DNA of 64,000 nucleotides from an uncultured Bdellovibrio sp. (GTDB lineage: Bacteria > Bdellovibrionota > Bdellovibrionia > Bdellovibrionales > Bdellovibrionaceae): positions 26,790-90,789 of the forward strand of contig CAWVRN010000017.1 of the NCBI GenBank assembly GCA_963932905.1, in the 5' to 3' direction. Position 1 is the stretch's first letter, and the number at the start of each line of letters is the position of its first letter. A program made the position numbers and the translations under genes. This document shows, one piece after another, positions 59,120 to 64,000 of this stretch. The notes beneath the pieces were generated by a model. That model was given only the letters and a program-made list of their open reading frames with translations. It made no database searches and was not told where the DNA came from.

Positions 59120-59911
59120 ATGACTGAATACGATTTTCGCGCTCATTTGTATCTCGAGCTCAAAAAGAGGCAAGAGAAAAACCCCAGGTATTCTTTAAGG
59201 CAGTTTGCAAAGTTTTTAACTTTAGAGCCATCGTTTTTATCGAAACTATTACGTGGGGACCGATCTTTTACGTTTAATCAAATTAACAAACTAGGGCGCA
59301 AACTAGGTTTGACACAACAAGAAGTTGATTTTTTTAAAATTGCAACGATCAAGCGGATCGAAAATTCATCCGTAAAAAATAGACATAAGGCACCGAAATT
59401 CAATAAAATTTCTATAGATAATATTGCTCTCATGGCTGGTTGGCATTTTTTCGCAATTTTAGAATTATTCAGCTTGCCCCATATTGAATTAACCAAAGCT
59501 CAAATTAGCGAGCTTTTTAAAATTAGCGAAATAGAAACCGAAAATGCTACTCTCCATTTAGAAAAATTGAATTTATTGGAACGCAACGAGAAAAATCAAT
59601 TCTCTTTAAAAGCGGCCAACAACACGATTGATCAGCAGCCCTTTACTACTCAGGAGCTTAAACTCATTCAAAGACAGTTTTTACTCAAAAGCATAGAGTC
59701 CCTCAATCAAGACTCTATTGATGTTCGCGATCATTCAGGAATCACTCTTGCCATCTCCTCTACCAAGTTGCCAGAAGCTAAAAAACTAATTAAAAATTTT
59801 AGGAGACGGTTTATGTCTTTAATGCAAAAAGGTGACGAGAAAGATAAAATTTATCAACTTGCTATCTCGTTTTACCCACTTTCAAATCTCATTATTAAGG
59901 AGCATAAATAA
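59120..59911 (+). CDS. TIGR02147/DUF4423-type HTH regulator
   Basis: KNPRYSLRQFAKFL, WHFFAILEL, RDHSGITLAI, IYQLAISFYPL. Confidence 0.85.
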   Translation: MTEYDFRAHLYLELKKRQEKNPRYSLRQFAKFLTLEPSFLSKLLRGDRSFTFNQINKLGRKLGLTQQEVDFFKIATIKRIENSSVKNRHKAPKFNKISIDNIALMAGWHFFAILELFSLPHIELTKAQISELFKISEIETENATLHLEKLNLLERNEKNQFSLKAANNTIDQQPFTTQELKLIQRQFLLKSIESLNQDSIDVRDHSGITLAISSTKLPEAKKLIKNFRRRFMSLMQKGDEKDKIYQLAISFYPLSNLIIKEHK

Positions 59912-60751
59912 ATGCGAATATTTTGCACTATTATTTTAAATCTAATTTTCTCTGTACAGGCCGGCCAAGAGACCTGGGGCGGCGATATTTCCTCGTTAAA
60001 ATTTGTAAAAGCGGGGAGGATTTTTGTACATGAAAACCAAAACACCAAAAGTTGCGAGCTAAGAAAGTTAATCTCTGCTAATAGCCTCCAGAAAATAGTC
60101 GACACGACCGAGGTTGAATCAACGGATTCCGACAAAACGGATGCGAGTGGTTATATCTATTTCCATAAACTTAAATGGGAAACGATGTCTCAACAAATGA
60201 AAAACGAGATAGTACTTAAGAGATATCTAGCTCAAGCCAAAATTGAAATATCTGATGAGGAGGCGGTTGCATTAGTAAAAAAATGTAGCCAATCAATTTA
60301 TTGGTCTAGAAACTCAAATGTTTCGCATGGTGACCTTATAACTACCGATGCTGAATTAAAAAAAAATATTACACACGTGTCACAGTTACTGCTGGTAGAT
60401 ATAAAAAAAGGAAAAATTAAGAAGCTGCCACCAGAGTTTAAACATGAGTCTTTAGAAAAATTAATAAATACACTCAAGTTTTACAAAAAAAATAAAAAGG
60501 AATTATCTGTAGATTCAACACCTATTGCATTTAAATTCCAAAACGGCATGCTTAAAGATGGGAAAAACATCAAAGACGACGAATACAAAGAAATTATTAT
60601 CAATAAATCTATGTGGTCTTACCAAACTTTGGGACAAAAGAAAGAATTTCTATTTCATGAATACTTGGGGTTACTAAATATTCGCGAAACTAGGTATCAG
60701 TATTCATCCTTGCTGTTCTTTGATCTTGACGAGGTTGATTATAAAAAATAA
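59912..60751 (+). CDS. Secreted hypothetical protein with internal duplication and FHEYLGL motif
   Basis: Signal peptide then GQETWGGD; two similar halves. Confidence 0.65.
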   Translation: MRIFCTIILNLIFSVQAGQETWGGDISSLKFVKAGRIFVHENQNTKSCELRKLISANSLQKIVDTTEVESTDSDKTDASGYIYFHKLKWETMSQQMKNEIVLKRYLAQAKIEISDEEAVALVKKCSQSIYWSRNSNVSHGDLITTDAELKKNITHVSQLLLVDIKKGKIKKLPPEFKHESLEKLINTLKFYKKNKKELSVDSTPIAFKFQNGMLKDGKNIKDDEYKEIIINKSMWSYQTLGQKKEFLFHEYLGLLNIRETRYQYSSLLFFDLDEVDYKK

Positions 60752-61388
60752 CTTTACAAAGCTAGCTATACTCTTAGCGGCTTGCACTATTGTGTTAATG
60801 GTTGTAATTAATAACGTCCGAAATTCAAAAATAGAAACCTGGTTTGATGTAGCACAAAAAAGAGCCGACGTCCCAATCGAGATTAATTCGAATGTTGTTG
60901 CAGAGATTAAATTACTCATTAAAGAACACGAACTGAAAAAAAGCGATCTCGTACACTGTGACTATAGAGCCATTATCAGAAATGTGCTGAAACAGAATAG
61001 GATACCGGTCTCATTGGCTGGAGTTCCCTTTATAGAAACCAGATTTAAAAATTTACCCGGTGAAAAAAATGCAGGTTTTTGGAATTTTTCAGTCTATACC
61101 GCGCAAATGTATGGTTTGGTTATCGATGAAAAAATGGATGAACGTTTAAATATAAACAAATCATCACAAGTAGCTGCCAAATATTTAGGAACCTTATACG
61201 AAATTTTTAAAAATTGGAATTTAGTTATTTTAGCTTATCGCTATGGAGAAGGTCATATCTTGCAAAAAGTACGCGAGTTCCCATCAGCGACCGCTTGGGA
61301 AATTGAAGCAAAAATAGAAACTCAGGAAAACTACCTTAGTCGATTTATCGCCGCCGTTATTTTTTTAGAAAATGATAATTGTGAGTAA
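60720..61388 (+). CDS. MltD-like lytic transglycosylase (SLT), membrane-anchored
   Basis: PFIETRF (catalytic Glu), AGFWNF, DERLN..KSSQVAAKYL, LVILAY, ENYLSRF. Confidence 0.8.
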   Translation: MILTRLIIKNNFTKLAILLAACTIVLMVVINNVRNSKIETWFDVAQKRADVPIEINSNVVAEIKLLIKEHELKKSDLVHCDYRAIIRNVLKQNRIPVSLAGVPFIETRFKNLPGEKNAGFWNFSVYTAQMYGLVIDEKMDERLNINKSSQVAAKYLGTLYEIFKNWNLVILAYRYGEGHILQKVREFPSATAWEIEAKIETQENYLSRFIAAVIFLENDNCE

Positions 61389-61402
61389 TATACTCTATCA
61401 AT

Positions 61403-63181
61403 TTATGGTTTAGAAACACTAGCCCCGATATCCCAAGTGCCGCCCCTTACAATACCCTGAATATCTGTGAAAATGGCCAGATCGACATCTGTAGACAAGT
61501 CTACCCCGTTAGCTTTTGCGGTGGTGTCAGTCTCATTCAATCGATAATCTTGAATTCCAATATTCACAAAATTTACTACCGCGTTGGTTTTGTCGTTGGA
61601 ACTTGAATAACTACCATAAGTAAACGGTGTATTTGATACATTATAGTCCGCAACGAAAGAGGCAAAAGCGATATAACTATTTCCAGTCGATCCTTGAACT
61701 ATATTATTTTTCGCAGTAGCAGGGCCATAAAATACGACGCCTTCATCAGCAGTTATGATTGTATTGTTATATAGAAAAGACGTAGAGTTTAAAGCCACGG
61801 TGGCCCCCGGGTGAGACACATCATTAACGCCATAAAAAATATTATTAGAAATATAGTTTCTAAAGTTTATGTTTCCGCCACTACTAATATATAAAGCGTA
61901 AATAGAACCCCCCGTAAATGTTGGTACAGTCTTTGTAACTAAGCAAGAATCTAAATAGAACGTTCCCATCGCTGAATTAGCATCAACCCGAACTACAAAA
62001 TTTCCCGAGTCTACACCTTGCCCAATTTTGAGCCCCTCTATCCTTACGTCGTCCGAACTAATATTAAGAGTGGAGTAAAAAATAGATCCCGTATTGTTCA
62101 ACTCATAGCCCCCAGACCCCCAGAATCCTTGATGGCGCTGACTAACCCCAACTTCCGAGTTTTTACTAGGAGCGTATATTTTGACGTAGCGAGTATTATC
62201 CGTAATCCAATTTGAAATATCCACATTCGTAGTATCTATTGCATCTGCATAGGTCACGAAATTAAATGTGACATTCGCTGAGACTAAATTGATTCCCGTT
62301 GTTCTAGAATCAAAGTTAGCGAGAGCCGCACAACTCACTTCGCATGTAACCCCTGATAGTAAACCGACGTTTTCGACTCCATTTTGTGCTTCATTTAATG
62401 AGGTGTATGCTCGATATATTTTCCAGTTTTGGCTATTCGCGCTGGTAGGCAAACTGGCGCCGCCACCGGCACTCTGGATATAATATTTATTCGGTCTCAA
62501 GCGAGCATATATGAAAGCTATGTTGTCATAGTCGCCATCGTTGTCTGCATCATATTGAATCACATCTCCGGAACCTACATTTAAAGGCAGGTCACTATCA
62601 AAAGTCGCTGTCGAATTTAAAATAGATATAGTGTTCGCTCCACCGGAAGCCAGCGCGCCAATATTAAGCGGGCCAACCGACCGGTAAATATTAACGGGTC
62701 CCCCATCGTTATCGGCTATTTTTATTGTATGAGAACTGGTTCCCAAAATATTATGCTCACTTGAACTCAGCGTGAAGATTAATTCTTCTAAATTTTCTGC
62801 AGCCACATCATCGACTAATTGAATCGAAATCGAAACCGCTGCATGTCCTGTAGGAATAATAATAGGACTTGGGGTATTTATCGAATAATCAAAAGTAGCT
62901 CGAGCCGATCCCTGCGCTGAAAAGGCGATAAGGGTAGGAACATCCCGAATTGAGGACAGAACTACCTGAATATTAACCAAACCGTCGCCTTCTGAGACGA
63001 CTTGAGATACAACTGAAAAACTGATATCAGGATCTATAGGAACTGGTGTATCAGGATGAGATGGTATACCTACCGACGCTCCCGCATTTTCATCTAAACT
63101 GTACATGCGAGTTCTTAAAAAGCAACCAGTTAAACAAATTAACAAAATCGAGTAAAAAGCAGCACTCAAGAAGTATTTCAT
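61403..63181 (-). CDS. Surface lipoprotein with Calx-beta-like and beta-helix-like domains
   Basis: LTGC lipobox; SEGDG...DDVAAENLEE...IADND; SNNIFY/YNNTI/KNNI repeats; DYRL, WDIGA. Confidence 0.7.
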   Translation of the reverse strand: MKYFLSAAFYSILLICLTGCFLRTRMYSLDENAGASVGIPSHPDTPVPIDPDISFSVVSQVVSEGDGLVNIQVVLSSIRDVPTLIAFSAQGSARATFDYSINTPSPIIIPTGHAAVSISIQLVDDVAAENLEELIFTLSSSEHNILGTSSHTIKIADNDGGPVNIYRSVGPLNIGALASGGANTISILNSTATFDSDLPLNVGSGDVIQYDADNDGDYDNIAFIYARLRPNKYYIQSAGGGASLPTSANSQNWKIYRAYTSLNEAQNGVENVGLLSGVTCEVSCAALANFDSRTTGINLVSANVTFNFVTYADAIDTTNVDISNWITDNTRYVKIYAPSKNSEVGVSQRHQGFWGSGGYELNNTGSIFYSTLNISSDDVRIEGLKIGQGVDSGNFVVRVDANSAMGTFYLDSCLVTKTVPTFTGGSIYALYISSGGNINFRNYISNNIFYGVNDVSHPGATVALNSTSFLYNNTIITADEGVVFYGPATAKNNIVQGSTGNSYIAFASFVADYNVSNTPFTYGSYSSSNDKTNAVVNFVNIGIQDYRLNETDTTAKANGVDLSTDVDLAIFTDIQGIVRGGTWDIGASVSKP

Positions 63182-63357
63182 CTACATACGTTTCGGTATA
63201 CTATAAAAAAATTGAACAAAATAAATTTCTTTTTGTGTCCAAAATTTAAAATTTCATTGTGGTTAATATAACTTATAACAATACTTTCATTAACTCTGTC
63301 CTCAGTTTCAAGAGACTGACCATTGATAAATCTTCTAAACTTGGCGATACTCATAGA

Positions 63358-64000
63358 ATGAATGAAAGCAAAATTTTAATCTGCTCTGGTTTCGTATGTT
63401 TAATTCTATTCGCCTGCACAAAAAGGACCGCCTCATCGAACGACTCGGCTGCGGCAGTTCCTGCTCCCGTCACGCCGGGGAAAGAAACTGTTTTACAGAA
63501 AAATGATCGCTTATTAGGTATACATCCATCAGAACCACAAACTGGCTTTGTAAAAGCCTTTCAAGTCGCACAAACAGTGGGGTTTGACTATTATAATCTG
63601 CACTTGATATGGGGTAAAGGTTCTTTTGTCGGTACTCTACCTGTGCCTCCGATGGAAACTAATTCTCACATGGGTTGTTTAGGAGCATCGACTTATAATT
63701 TTGGGCTGGCTAACTCGGCACACGGTTTTTATTCGGCTTACAATAAAAAATTAATGATCACTATCGGAACTATCGATACGAATAATAAATTTGTTCCCGA
63801 ATGCCTAACTGGTGTGGCTTTTGACGACGCTACATTCATGATCCAAATGTTCAAATATATGCTAGACGGACTTTTTTCAGAACTTAATTCTGGCATCCCT
63901 CAAAAGTTAGTATTATTAAATATTGGAAATGAAATCGACGCCTACTCGGAACTATCGACATGCCCTTCCGCAGGCTGGACTCGTTATAAAACATTTTTCG
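63358..64000 (+). CDS. Glycoside hydrolase-like (clan GH-A) lipoprotein, 3' truncated by window end
   Basis: Open frame from ATG 63358 to window end; LFAC lipobox; LNIGNEID resembles the NE acid/base motif. Confidence 0.6.
   Translation, partial: MNESKILICSGFVCLILFACTKRTASSNDSAAAVPAPVTPGKETVLQKNDRLLGIHPSEPQTGFVKAFQVAQTVGFDYYNLHLIWGKGSFVGTLPVPPMETNSHMGCLGASTYNFGLANSAHGFYSAYNKKLMITIGTIDTNNKFVPECLTGVAFDDATFMIQMFKYMLDGLFSELNSGIPQKLVLLNIGNEIDAYSELSTCPSAGWTRYKTFF

Noticed and set aside
1..64000. Anti-phage defence, toxin-antitoxin or prophage locus
   Set aside because: No such genes recognised; mazG is the housekeeping tandem type without mazEF

Overview
AT-rich bacterial chromosome window, most likely Bdellovibrionota (inferred from a TIGR02147-type regulator, an F-N-N-C lipoprotein signal, a DUF1592/DUF1552 pair and a deltaproteobacteria-like gene order). 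Bases ~1-44.6 kb are core genome: PhoD C-terminus, PilZ, gloB, mazG, a 7TM-HD (PgpH-like) phosphodiesterase, ybeY, a +1-frameshifted prfB, lolE-lolD-bamA-skp-lpxA-(GnnA-like)-lpxB-lpxK-acyltransferase, mreC-mreD-mrdA-rodA without mreB, ppiD, cdd, maf, folE2, a five-gene second Lol/MacB-like envelope transporter, fur-uvrA, cinA-like, acyl-CoA dehydrogenase, trmH-like, queF and an RluA-methyltransferase fusion. From ~45 kb onward the region is accessory: a cytochrome c-DUF1592/DUF1552 pair, a MarR/AhpD module with a perfect operator, Rof, a decayed zone (NtrC remnant, IS3 fragment, tRNA-end-like att site, recombinase pseudogenes, two small paralogous proteins, lipoprotein and hydrolase pseudogenes), a serine hydrolase/Crp pair, a TIGR02147-secreted protein-lytic transglycosylase operon, and divergent surface and glycosidase lipoproteins. 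Best leads: a ~240-nt nested palindrome at 19.3-19.5 kb, the Lol-like five-gene system with a 7-1-7 operator, and the att-linked recombinase/small-protein cassette. No rRNA, intact tRNA or CRISPR array was seen. All family assignments come from motif recognition, not database searches.
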